Made by a program: the position numbers and the translations under genes. The notes below the pieces were generated by a model. The model did not search any database. It saw nothing but the letters and a program-made list of their open reading frames with translations, and had not been told where the DNA came from. Positions 10,185 through 19,600 of a stretch of DNA of 64,000 nucleotides are shown here, piece after piece; the first letter of the stretch is position 1; every line of letters begins with the position of its first letter. Source of the stretch: Rhodothermales bacterium (lineage in GTDB: Bacteria; Bacteroidota; Rhodothermia; Rhodothermales; Bin80); assembly GCA_965200955.1 (NCBI GenBank), contig OZ241742.1, positions 2,311,072-2,375,071 of the forward strand. Direction: 5' to 3'.

Positions 10185-10277
10185 GAGGCTTTGGCAAAAC
10201 CGATAATTAATTGTAACTAATTCGTCTCGTAACCTAAAGAACATGTCTACCAAAACGCTGAGGTATTGCAACGCTTC
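10185..10277 (-). repeat. MITE-like ~95-nt element, copy 2
   Basis: Ends are GAGGCTTTGGCAAAACC and GAGGTATTGCAACGCTTC. It has the same orientation as copies 1 and 3 and sits in tandem with copy 3. Confidence 0.65.
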
Positions 10278-10330
10278 AGAGTATTTAAATTAATTGAGTC
10301 AACACACAAACTACGAATAAGTTTACAAGG

Positions 10331-10426
10331 GGGTCGTTTGCAAAACCTCTGGTCAATTCCATAAAACGCACCAAGAGTTCTTCTGAGGATTATTTCTGTA
10401 AAACGCCGAGATTCTGCAAATGCCTC
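10331..10426 (-). repeat. MITE-like ~95-nt element, copy 3
   Basis: Its reverse complement aligns almost base for base with 46906..47002. Shared blocks include GAGGCaTTTGCAgAAtCTC..GCGTTT..CAGAAATA..CTTGGTGC..GAATTG..AGGTTTTGCAAACG. Confidence 0.8.
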
Positions 10427-10793
10427 ACAGGAAAAGCTCCAGTGCATGATTGAGCCAAAACTAAGATCAAATCAGTTCTCACTCAGAGGAGGGAATTATG
10501 TTTAAGAAGTTAATGTATCTTCCAAATTACCCAAATCATTTGATCTCTGTCCACGATATTTGCATGAAAACTAGTAGTAACATCTTTACACTCTTTGTAC
10601 TCATGATTGAGCTTATCCTACACCATGGAAGAACCAAAATGATACATCAAGTTTTCTTCGTTGAACTTAGATCTGAAAATGATCATGATCCACTGTTATG
10701 GATTGGTCATTAGTGGGGATTTAAGTGTTTAAAAGAAACCTATCAGACATTGTCATTGTAGAACCAATCTCTTTTATTTACTTGGACATTATC

Positions 10794-10988
10794 ATGACGG
10801 TTGAAACCCAGAAACCGGCCGACGTACTTATAGACAAGGCCAAGCCCACCTCCAAGAATGGTGCTTCCATTCCACATTATTCTCCAACTTTGGGGAAGGT
10901 GATCAATGTATGTCCGATTTCTGAAAAGATTATTAAGGAGACTTCTGTGAAGTGGAGAAAAGCCATGGAGAAGTTGGCAGATCTCTAA
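10794..10988 (+). CDS. Small protein upstream of doc; putative cognate antitoxin
   Basis: 64 aa from ATG 10794; the track ORF starts at GTG 10725. Its TAA stop abuts the Doc reading frame. The call rests on position only, with no recognisable Phd/AbrB/RHH motif. Confidence 0.4.
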   Translation: MTVETQKPADVLIDKAKPTSKNGASIPHYSPTLGKVINVCPISEKIIKETSVKWRKAMEKLADL

Positions 10989-11370
10989 AACTCATTATCA
11001 AATTACGTGGGACGATGCGATTCGTGCCCATGACGAGGCACTTTTAGATGGGGGAGCATCTGGAATACTCAACGAACATGCGGTTCGTTCGGCTATATCC
11101 CGTCCCTATTGCGGCTATTTTGATACGATCTATGATAAAGTCTCCGCTCTCATTCATGGTATTGTTTTCAACCATGGTTTCGTTGATGGAAACAAACGAA
11201 CTTCTCTCTATCTGGCTATACTGCTAATTGAGAAGAGTGGGTATTCAATACGTGTTAATCCTGAGGCCATGATTGAGGTCATTCCAGCAGTTGCTCGTGG
11301 AGAAATGACGCGGGAAGAATTAGCCGAATGGCTACAGAATGAAATCATTGTAGAGAGTAATCATAATTGA
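10981..11370 (+). CDS. doc: Doc (death-on-curing) family Fic-fold toxin; no canonical start codon
   Basis: The frame is open from 10951 to TGA 11368-11370 and is absent from the ORF track. My translation is ..ITWDDAIRAHDEALLDGGASGILNEHAVRSAISRPY..IHGIVFNHGFVDGNKRTSLYLAILL.., which carries the Fic/Doc motif HxFxDGNKR. There is no ATG/GTG/TTG upstream of the motif; the only candidates are ATC 10981 and ATT 11002. Confidence 0.75.
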   Translation: MSKTHYQITWDDAIRAHDEALLDGGASGILNEHAVRSAISRPYCGYFDTIYDKVSALIHGIVFNHGFVDGNKRTSLYLAILLIEKSGYSIRVNPEAMIEVIPAVARGEMTREELAEWLQNEIIVESNHN

Positions 11371-11780
11371 TCACTTATCTATAGAACACTTCAGATTGCG
11401 GAAACCCAACCGACTAAAGGCCCAATTTGACTTATTCGACAATCAAAGTATTGGCTATTTGGGAACTCAAGTCACATATTATTTCTCTGATTGATTCTGT
11501 GAATAATTTCTTACAGTATTCCATTGAAAACTGACATGGGGTTTATTCTATCGTACATCTGAGTATATCTCTGATAAACAATCATCAGTTCTTATCATAG
11601 CCCCACCTGTGCAGGTTACTCAACATAACATTTTCCTACACAGTGTGAAATGTTAGGTGATTCAACATGAACAATCTATCTCGAAATTTTATTTCAAGAT
11701 AGCCCCATCTGGATTTGATTACAGATATAATACCATCAAGAAATACCGTAATTTTGTCTATCAGCACATTATCCCAAGTC

Positions 11781-14666
11781 ATGCGAACCTATTTGATTAG
11801 TTTTCTTGCCCTTAGTTTCTTCGCCGTAAACTTGATGGCTCAGGTGCCAGAAATGGTATCTCCTGTTCCATCCACACCCGCCTCTGAGCGAATCCAGAGT
11901 TTTGATCAGCGTCTGATCGACGCACAAGAATCATATTTTTCGAATGTGAAGGTTGAAAGTATTGGGCCAACGGTGATGAGCGGACGGATCGTAGATATGG
12001 ATGTGAATCCAGAGGATCCAACACAAATGTACATCGCATATGCCTCAGGGGGGCTATGGTATAGTCATACTAATGGTCATTCTTTTGAATCGTTATTTGA
12101 CCATGAAGCATCTATGGTACTTGGGGATATTGCTGTAGATTGGATGAACGATCAAACGATCTGGGTTGGTACTGGAGAAAATAATTCAAGTCGCTCATCC
12201 TATGCAGGAACCGGGATCTATCGATCAGTGGATCAGGGAGAATCATGGCAACACATGGGTTTGGAAGAAACGCATAGGATTGGTCGAATTTTAATTCATC
12301 CTACCGATCCCAATATTGTTTGGGTTGCAGCATTAGGTGCACTCTACTCTCCGAATTCGGAGCGTGGAGTTTATAGGACAAACGATGGTGGAGAAACATG
12401 GTCCAAAACTTTATTTATCTCCGAAAATGCTGGAGTGATTGATCTGATCATGGATCCATCCAACCCAGATATTCTGTATGCTACGTCATGGCATCGGGAG
12501 CGACGTGCATGGAATTTTGTCGAGAGTGGAGATGGATCAGCTATCTGGAAATCCACAGATGGAGGTGTTTCATGGTCACAACTTTCATCCGAAGGATTCC
12601 CAACAGGTGATACGGTTGGGCGTATCGGACTGGCTATTTTCCCAGGTAATCCACAGATTCTGTATGCACTGGTTGATAATCAACAGCGTAGAGAAATGGA
12701 AGACGAGGAGCAGGAGCCAACTCTGACGCGTGATGCTCTTGAAGCAATGGATAGAGATGAATTCTTGCTTCTAAATGATGAGGTCATCATTGAGTATTTG
12801 GAAGAGAATAATTTTGAGGATAAGTATTCGGTTTCTGTCATTCGCACCATGATGGATGAGGGCACCATAGAACCGAAGCATTTAGTATGGTATGTTGAAG
12901 ATGCCAACCGAGAACTGTTTGACACTCCCGTTATTGGTGCTGAAGTCTACCGATCGGAAGATGGAGGAGCATCTTGGCGTAAGACGCATTCACAGTACAT
13001 GGATCGCGTTTATTTTTCCTACGGATATTATTTCGGTGAAACCCGCGTAGATGCTCAAGATTCTAACAGAATCTATATTTTGGGCGTACCTCTTCTGACC
13101 TCAGATGATGGTGGGCAATCATGGCAATCCATTGGTGGACCCAGTGTACATGTAGATCATCAGGCACTATGGGTCAACCCCAATCGCTCAGGACACTTGG
13201 TGAATGGAAACGACGGAGGCATCAACATTACCTATGATAACGGAGAGTCATGGTTCAAAGCAAATACACCATCCGTAGGACAATTCTATGCCATAGGTGT
13301 GGATGACCAAATACCGTATCATGTTTATGGAGGACTTCAAGATAACGGAGTTTGGGGAGGCCCGCATACCTACACAGAGTCTGCGAGGTGGCATGCGTAT
13401 GGTAATTATCCATATACATCCTATCTGGGAGGTGATGGCATGCAGGTTGAGGTGGACACTCGTACGAATGATATCATCTATACAGGCTCTCAGTTTGGTT
13501 CCTATTGGCGTATAGAGACAGGCAAGAGAAAGCGTACCTCTATTCGACCACGACATCAACTTGGAGAACGCCCCTTAAGATATAATTGGCAAACTCCCAT
13601 TCATTTATCCAGACACAATCAAGATGTTCTTTACTACGGTTCAAACAAGCTTCACCGCTCGTTTAACCAAGGTGATGATTGGGAAACCCTCTCCAATGAT
13701 TTAACCCGTGGTGGTCGTCGTGGGGATGTCCCTTATGGTACATTGACGACCATAGATGAGTCCCCCTTACGCTTTGGACTCATCTATGTCGGTTCTGATG
13801 ATGGGCTCGTTCATGTATCCAAGGATGGTGGGTACACATGGGACAATATAACTGGTGGTGACTGGGGAGAATTTTGGGTGAGTCGGGTAGAGGCATCCAA
13901 CCATCAACTTGGGCGCGTTTATGTAACGCTGAATGGATACAGGTGGGATCATTTTAGAGCCTATGTGTATCGCTCCGACAATTTTGGTCAGACATGGGAG
14001 CCTTTGCATTCAAACTTACCAATGGAGCCGGTGAATGTGATTCTTGAAGATCCCGAAAACTCAGATCTTCTCTACATAGGAACCGATCATGGACTCTATG
14101 TATCACCAGATGGTGGAGACACCTATATGTCCATGCAAAATGGATTACCCCATGTTCCTGTCCATGATCTTAAAATTCAACAACGCAAAAAACATCTACT
14201 TGTAGGCACGCATGGACGATCCATTTATCGAGTAGATATATCCTCTGTCCAGAAATTGACTAACGAGGTCATGGCAAGCCCATTCAAAGCCTTTGCACCA
14301 GATCCACAGCAGTATAATGAAAACTGGGGCGATCGGAGAGTGTGGTGGGGAGAGTATTCAGTACCACAAGTTGAGGTTGCCTACTGGTCGTCATTGACGG
14401 AATCAGTGACCATAAATGTTCAGGATGAAGAGGGGATGACACTTCAGATCTTGACCGATGATGCTGAGCGAGGTCTCAATTTTATGATCTATGATTTATC
14501 GATAGATCCAGAGCTGGGAACCACCATGATGACCGAAGATGGGGAGTCTGTGGAAGATGGAGAAAATGGAGATGTTTATCTGGTTCCCGGTCACTATCAG
14601 ATGGAGTTCACGATGCAAGACGCTGTTGATCAAGTTTCTTTGCGTATCAATGGATCAGAGCAGTAG
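11781..14666 (+). CDS. Secreted BNR/Asp-box repeat protein (sortilin/VPS10-like, glycoside-hydrolase-like beta-propellers)
   Basis: Signal peptide MRTYLISFLALSFFAVNLMAQ. Repeated Asp-boxes: SVDQGESW, TNDGGETW, STDGGVSW, SEDGGASW, SDDGGQSW, SKDGGYTW. The start is set at ATG 11781. Confidence 0.8.
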   Translation: MRTYLISFLALSFFAVNLMAQVPEMVSPVPSTPASERIQSFDQRLIDAQESYFSNVKVESIGPTVMSGRIVDMDVNPEDPTQMYIAYASGGLWYSHTNGHSFESLFDHEASMVLGDIAVDWMNDQTIWVGTGENNSSRSSYAGTGIYRSVDQGESWQHMGLEETHRIGRILIHPTDPNIVWVAALGALYSPNSERGVYRTNDGGETWSKTLFISENAGVIDLIMDPSNPDILYATSWHRERRAWNFVESGDGSAIWKSTDGGVSWSQLSSEGFPTGDTVGRIGLAIFPGNPQILYALVDNQQRREMEDEEQEPTLTRDALEAMDRDEFLLLNDEVIIEYLEENNFEDKYSVSVIRTMMDEGTIEPKHLVWYVEDANRELFDTPVIGAEVYRSEDGGASWRKTHSQYMDRVYFSYGYYFGETRVDAQDSNRIYILGVPLLTSDDGGQSWQSIGGPSVHVDHQALWVNPNRSGHLVNGNDGGINITYDNGESWFKANTPSVGQFYAIGVDDQIPYHVYGGLQDNGVWGGPHTYTESARWHAYGNYPYTSYLGGDGMQVEVDTRTNDIIYTGSQFGSYWRIETGKRKRTSIRPRHQLGERPLRYNWQTPIHLSRHNQDVLYYGSNKLHRSFNQGDDWETLSNDLTRGGRRGDVPYGTLTTIDESPLRFGLIYVGSDDGLVHVSKDGGYTWDNITGGDWGEFWVSRVEASNHQLGRVYVTLNGYRWDHFRAYVYRSDNFGQTWEPLHSNLPMEPVNVILEDPENSDLLYIGTDHGLYVSPDGGDTYMSMQNGLPHVPVHDLKIQQRKKHLLVGTHGRSIYRVDISSVQKLTNEVMASPFKAFAPDPQQYNENWGDRRVWWGEYSVPQVEVAYWSSLTESVTINVQDEEGMTLQILTDDAERGLNFMIYDLSIDPELGTTMMTEDGESVEDGENGDVYLVPGHYQMEFTMQDAVDQVSLRINGSEQ

Positions 14667-15879
14667 TACTTGATGATTCTACCAGATCAGGACGTAAAGA
14701 ATGAACGATTTGGGTAAACTGGGGAAGGAGATCATCGGATAGGGGGTCGGAGGGGGGCATCTCTACTTTCAAGGCATCTACCTGTTTGCCATTCTTCCAG
14801 AAACGATAGCAGACATGGGGCCCAGTCGCTAATCCTGTACTACCGACATATCCAATGAGCTGCTTTTGATTGACACGAACACCTGGGCGAATACCTGGGG
14901 CGATTTTGGACATGTGTAAATATCCAGTTGAGAAAGTGTCATTGTGGCGGATTTTGACATAGTTACCGTTCGCTCGGGTGTAGGATGCCGCAATGACGGT
15001 TCCAGTGGCTGTTGCAACAATAGGTGTGCCAGTTGGTGCGGCAAAATCAGTTCCAAGATGTGGGCGATAACGCTTCGTGACCGGATGAAAACGACGAGGA
15101 CTATATCGTGAAGAGATGCGAGTAAATTCAATAGGTGCTTTTAAGAATGGTCTTTCTAATGGGCGACCAGCTTCATCAAAATATCCATCAAGACTATCTG
15201 CAGAAAAATAGAAGGCATAGTATTGTTGATCCTTATGTTTCATGCGTGCTGCCTTTACATCTACATCTAAAACTTGTCCATTCACCGATCTTTCTTCAAA
15301 TACAAGGGAAAACTCATCGTCTGGTTGTAGGTAAAAAAACGTGACTTGCCATGCGAAGATCTTACTCAGATCAATAGCGATCTGTGGGGAGAATCCAGCA
15401 TCTTCAATCGCCTCATACAGGGAACTTTTAATGATTCCAGATCCTGAACGTTGTACGGTGGAAATGGGAAAAACACCTTCGTGAACCAGTACAGAGTCGC
15501 GAAAATCAAAAACAAAGTAATTCTGTATACTCGGTTGATAGACTAAGAATGAAGTCTTTCCCGAAGTGGCATCTTTATAGGTATGAACGGAATCACCTCT
15601 ACGAATCTTGTGTAAATCAATACGGGGAGATGCTTTGATTGAGGCGAGATGAATGAACTGTTGAGGCACTCCTTGATCTTTCAATATAGAAGCAAATGAT
15701 TGTCCTGATTTCACCGTAAAGGCTTCTTCAATAAAACCATTGACAGGCAAATCAAACTGATTACGTTCGATTTCAGAGGCGGTAGATGTTTTGAAATCTG
15801 TAGTAGAGTTGATCAGAAGAGAAGACAGGAATAGGAATATACTACTGCAAAACAAAAAACGCTTGATGAATATCATCAT
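14647..15879 (-). CDS. M23 family peptidoglycan DD-metalloendopeptidase
   Basis: Catalytic motifs HLGTDFAAPTGTPIVATATGTV and GYVGSTGLATGPHVCYRF, plus an N-terminal TM/signal. The start is chosen at MMIFIKRF (15879) to clear the upstream gene. Confidence 0.85.
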   Translation of the reverse strand: MMIFIKRFLFCSSIFLFLSSLLINSTTDFKTSTASEIERNQFDLPVNGFIEEAFTVKSGQSFASILKDQGVPQQFIHLASIKASPRIDLHKIRRGDSVHTYKDATSGKTSFLVYQPSIQNYFVFDFRDSVLVHEGVFPISTVQRSGSGIIKSSLYEAIEDAGFSPQIAIDLSKIFAWQVTFFYLQPDDEFSLVFEERSVNGQVLDVDVKAARMKHKDQQYYAFYFSADSLDGYFDEAGRPLERPFLKAPIEFTRISSRYSPRRFHPVTKRYRPHLGTDFAAPTGTPIVATATGTVIAASYTRANGNYVKIRHNDTFSTGYLHMSKIAPGIRPGVRVNQKQLIGYVGSTGLATGPHVCYRFWKNGKQVDALKVEMPPSDPLSDDLLPQFTQIVHSLRPDLVESSSTTALIH

Positions 15880-15919
15880 AGGTAATAGAGTGAATATGAC
15901 TTTAAGAACAATGTACGAT

Positions 15920-16465
15920 CTATTGTTCCCACCGGACATCTGGAACACCAGAATCATGATTGGCCCTCCGTGCAAGAATGAAGAGCAAATCGGAAAGTCG
16001 ATTCAAGTATTTTAGGGTATACGAATTGGATGAAATAGACTCTAAATTATCAGCCAGGCAACGCTCAGCTCGTCGACAGACCGCACGTGCTAAATGAAGC
16101 AGAGAAGAAGCTTGTGAGCCGCCAGGAAGAATAAAATAGGTTAAACGCTCAAGTTCAGATTCCCACAGATCAATATCTCCTTCAAGACAATCAATGTGTT
16201 TTTGTTCAATCCTTGGAACTGTTGCTCGTGAATCTTCGGGAGTAGCTAGGTCAGCACCAAGAATAAAACATTCATGTTGCAAGCGTAATAGGAGGGAAGC
16301 CATCTGATGGGATTGGGGGGGTAACGATGATCGGGCAGCTCCAAGAGCTGCGTTGGTTTCATCAACGGCTCCCATAGCCTGAACACGAGGATGCGACTTA
16401 GAGACACGGTCTCCACCAAATAGCCCGGTTGTGCCATCATCCCCCGTACGAGTATAGATTTTCAT
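15920..16465 (-). CDS. pduO: ATP:cob(I)alamin adenosyltransferase, PduO type
   Basis: 181 aa with the N-terminal signature MKIYTRTGDDGTTGLFGGDRVSK..VDETNAALG. Confidence 0.9.
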   Translation of the reverse strand: MKIYTRTGDDGTTGLFGGDRVSKSHPRVQAMGAVDETNAALGAARSSLPPQSHQMASLLLRLQHECFILGADLATPEDSRATVPRIEQKHIDCLEGDIDLWESELERLTYFILPGGSQASSLLHLARAVCRRAERCLADNLESISSNSYTLKYLNRLSDLLFILARRANHDSGVPDVRWEQ

Positions 16466-16682
16466 GGGATCGTTGCAGAGTGATCAGCAATTCTGAGATT
16501 CGCATACACAAGAACGGCAGGTCCAAGTGCTTACATCCAACCAAAGTTAAGAAACTTTAAGGTTCTAACAAAAAATAACCTCAGAAACACATCAAAGATG
16601 TTCGGAAGACTTCAGATGTGATGGCCGCAAACGAATCTAAATGGTTCGCCAAGACTCTCGAAAGATGCGAAGGAAGAAAGGT

Positions 16683-19600
16683 TTAGAACCGAACCGAACC
16701 ATGCATATTGAGCCCCAGATCACCCCAAAATGCCTGCCGGTGATGGGCTAATCCTGAGATTGAGAAAGATACATGGCTCCATGGCCGCAATTCTCCACCC
16801 AATCGTAATAATTGACCGCCTGGAAGTTGTGTGACACCAACGATGGAACGTGCCGTTCCATCATGCATCGGCATTCCATATCCGAGCTCTACTTCGGTAC
16901 GATGCTGATGAGACTGTAAAGGATTATAGTCCAAAATTGTCTGTTGGCGTTGTAATGATTGCCCCTGATTGGCTCCCCACGATGGGCGTATTCGCATGGA
17001 GAAACCCAAAGTTGGATCACCCATTTGGATCGATACTGATACGCCCCATTCTGAAAACCCATCCGCACTATGGAGTACTAGCCCTTGAGAACGAATATCG
17101 CCAGTAACGTTCCCTTCTAGGTAGGACATGCGTACTCCTCCACCGAGCTCCAGTCCGATACCCGTCTCAGCATCCCCTCCATCTTGGCGAACATTAGCCT
17201 CCAGATACGGATGAATTCCCTTGAAGAGTTGAAATGCACTTTCAACTCCTAGCCGTACTCGAATGACTTCTCCGTGGAGTCCTCCAATATCTAGGTTGGC
17301 ATCAGTGTAGAGTACGTCCCCAAAGTAACTCATGTGAGTAGAGTTAAGGACTGCAATATTTCCACGGAGTCCCACGGCTCCCAGCCAAGATGTAAGATCT
17401 ACGCGTAGATCGTCCACTTTAATATGACCAGAGCCATATCCTCCACTGAGCCACATTTCCCATCCGGCTGATTCATACAAGAGATAGGGATAGTATCCAT
17501 TTAACCTTGATTCAATGTCTTCACGAACGCTAATGATCTGATAAGAACCATCCCCCAAGTTGATGGAAGACATGATGCCGATGAGCCACTGGCTATTCAA
17601 TCTGTAATCTACACCAACGAGCGCTGAGGCCACATTTCCACGCAAGCTAAATGCATCTTCACTACGACCGTGAAACCGTTGAAATGAACCCCTTGCCCAG
17701 TACCCAAATTCCCCTACAGATGTAGACGAGGTCTTGGAGATTTGACATCCTGAGAGTAATTCGCCCAAGGATGGGGTCCATGAAGAGGTCGTATGCCATA
17801 GGCGAGCCATGTCAGAACGTTCCGCGACTGAACAGGTAGAGCCAGCGGGCTGAAATCGCTGATGCAACGCATCAATCACAAGTTCAGAAGTGGTCCGCAC
17901 GAAGCGGGCAGCATATGCGATCAGGGCATCCTGATCAATGTTGGTTTCTTCTTGAATTACAGCGATTGCTGAGGATTTCGAAATCCGAGCCGGTTCAGAT
18001 GATTCTATATGAACATAAAATATTTCCTCGTACCAGTTGAAATCATTGTGTAATAGAGGCACCACAATACTTTCCAGCATGGCTCCAGGTGCAAATGTGA
18101 GCATCCCAGTAGTTTCCACATAGTCTTTGCCAGCGGAAGCGGTACCATCAACAGTATAATATTGAACTGTAATTGGATGAGGACTTGGATGGGAGAGATG
18201 TACAGGGAAAGAAATCCGTCCATCATCTTCAACAGCAATGGCATCCTCAATAGCAAGGGTGGAGATACCATCATCATCTTTGATCGTGGCGGTTGCGGAG
18301 GGATTTCCAATCACCGCATTGCGAGGACTTCGAAGTTCAATAGTAAATGTCTCAGGATCTTCTACCTCTTCATCATCACGGATCTCAATTTGAATGACAC
18401 CACGTGTTCCACCGGGATCAAAGATCACAATCCCTTGTGATGGGATGTAGTCATCCCCAGATAAAGCAGTTCCTTGATTGGTAGCATACTGAACAGTGAT
18501 CACTTCATTCAGTAAAGGGCGATCCAATTCTAAGGGTAAACGGATGGTACCATCACTTTCGATGGCATCATTATCAAAGAGTGTAATCGTGACAGCTCCT
18601 GCATCCAAAATCATAACGGATACATCTTGCTTTTGACCATCATATCCTCCTCCCGTTGCTGTTAATGTCAGCGTAACGGGATCATCATCTAAATCTAAGT
18701 CGGCAACTGATTGTAAATTTACTGTTTGTAGTCTTGACCAGTTGGATCGTGTAAATGTAAGACGATTGGTGGAGGGGGTGAGATCAGTACCCTGAAATCC
18801 AGTGATCTCCACGGACACAGTATTCGTGGGTTCAGCGGTCAAGCGAACCGAAAAGTCCCCGCTTGATTCCTCTTGAATCTGCAATGCGGAGGGTGTTACC
18901 TCCATTTCAGCAACATCGTTGTCAAGAATCGTGACTAGAACCGTTTCCGTCAAGTTATACCCTCCTCCAGAAGCCTGAAGTGTCAATGGAACAGGATCAT
19001 TGATTGAATCGTCGTCCTCTTTTGCCATTAGGGAAAATCTCTGATAGGCTCCATAGTTTGCAGTCGTAAAAGTAAGACTTGACAGAGATTGCAGTGCTAA
19101 ATCGGTGGACTCATAACCAGTCACCAACACGGTTACGTTATCAGTAGGCATCTGTGTAAGATGAACATTCAATAGTCCAGATGCTCCTTCATTGACGGTA
19201 AGAGTACGTTGGACGAAAAGGCCAGGCTGATCATCATCAATGATTTCTACGCGGATTTCGTGCTCCACATCGTCAAAGTCATCACCACTGGCATTCAACG
19301 TTAAAAGGATGTCATCATCATTTTCTGAATCTTCATCCTGACTGGCTGTCAAAAGGATGTCTTGAGTCTGATTCCAGTTTTGAGATGTAAATGGAAGAAC
19401 AGCAGGAGTGAAGGACAAGTCATTGTCATCATCCCCAGTTTTAGAGACCCTCACCGATACCGGACCATCAGGCTGTGCAGTCAAAGAAACGCGCACATTT
19501 CTGGACTCCCCCTCGGAAATCACCACGGATGTTTCTGCATCAATCCCTGCCACATCATCACTACGAATGGTGATTTGTACAGAAGATGGAACGCCTTCAT

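Noticed and set aside
10498-10713. A 71-aa plus-strand ORF preceded by AGGAGGG, and on the minus strand a RelE/ParE-like-looking remnant (..MIIFRSKFNEENLMYHFGSSMV*DKLNHEYKECKDVTTSFHANIVDRDQMIWVIWKIH) interrupted by an in-frame TAG
   Set aside because: Neither reading can be tied to a family by eye. The organism otherwise hardly uses Shine-Dalgarno sequences, so the AGGAGG may be coincidental. The minus-strand similarity to RelE-type C-termini is impressionistic. This is worth a profile search but is not reportable as a feature.
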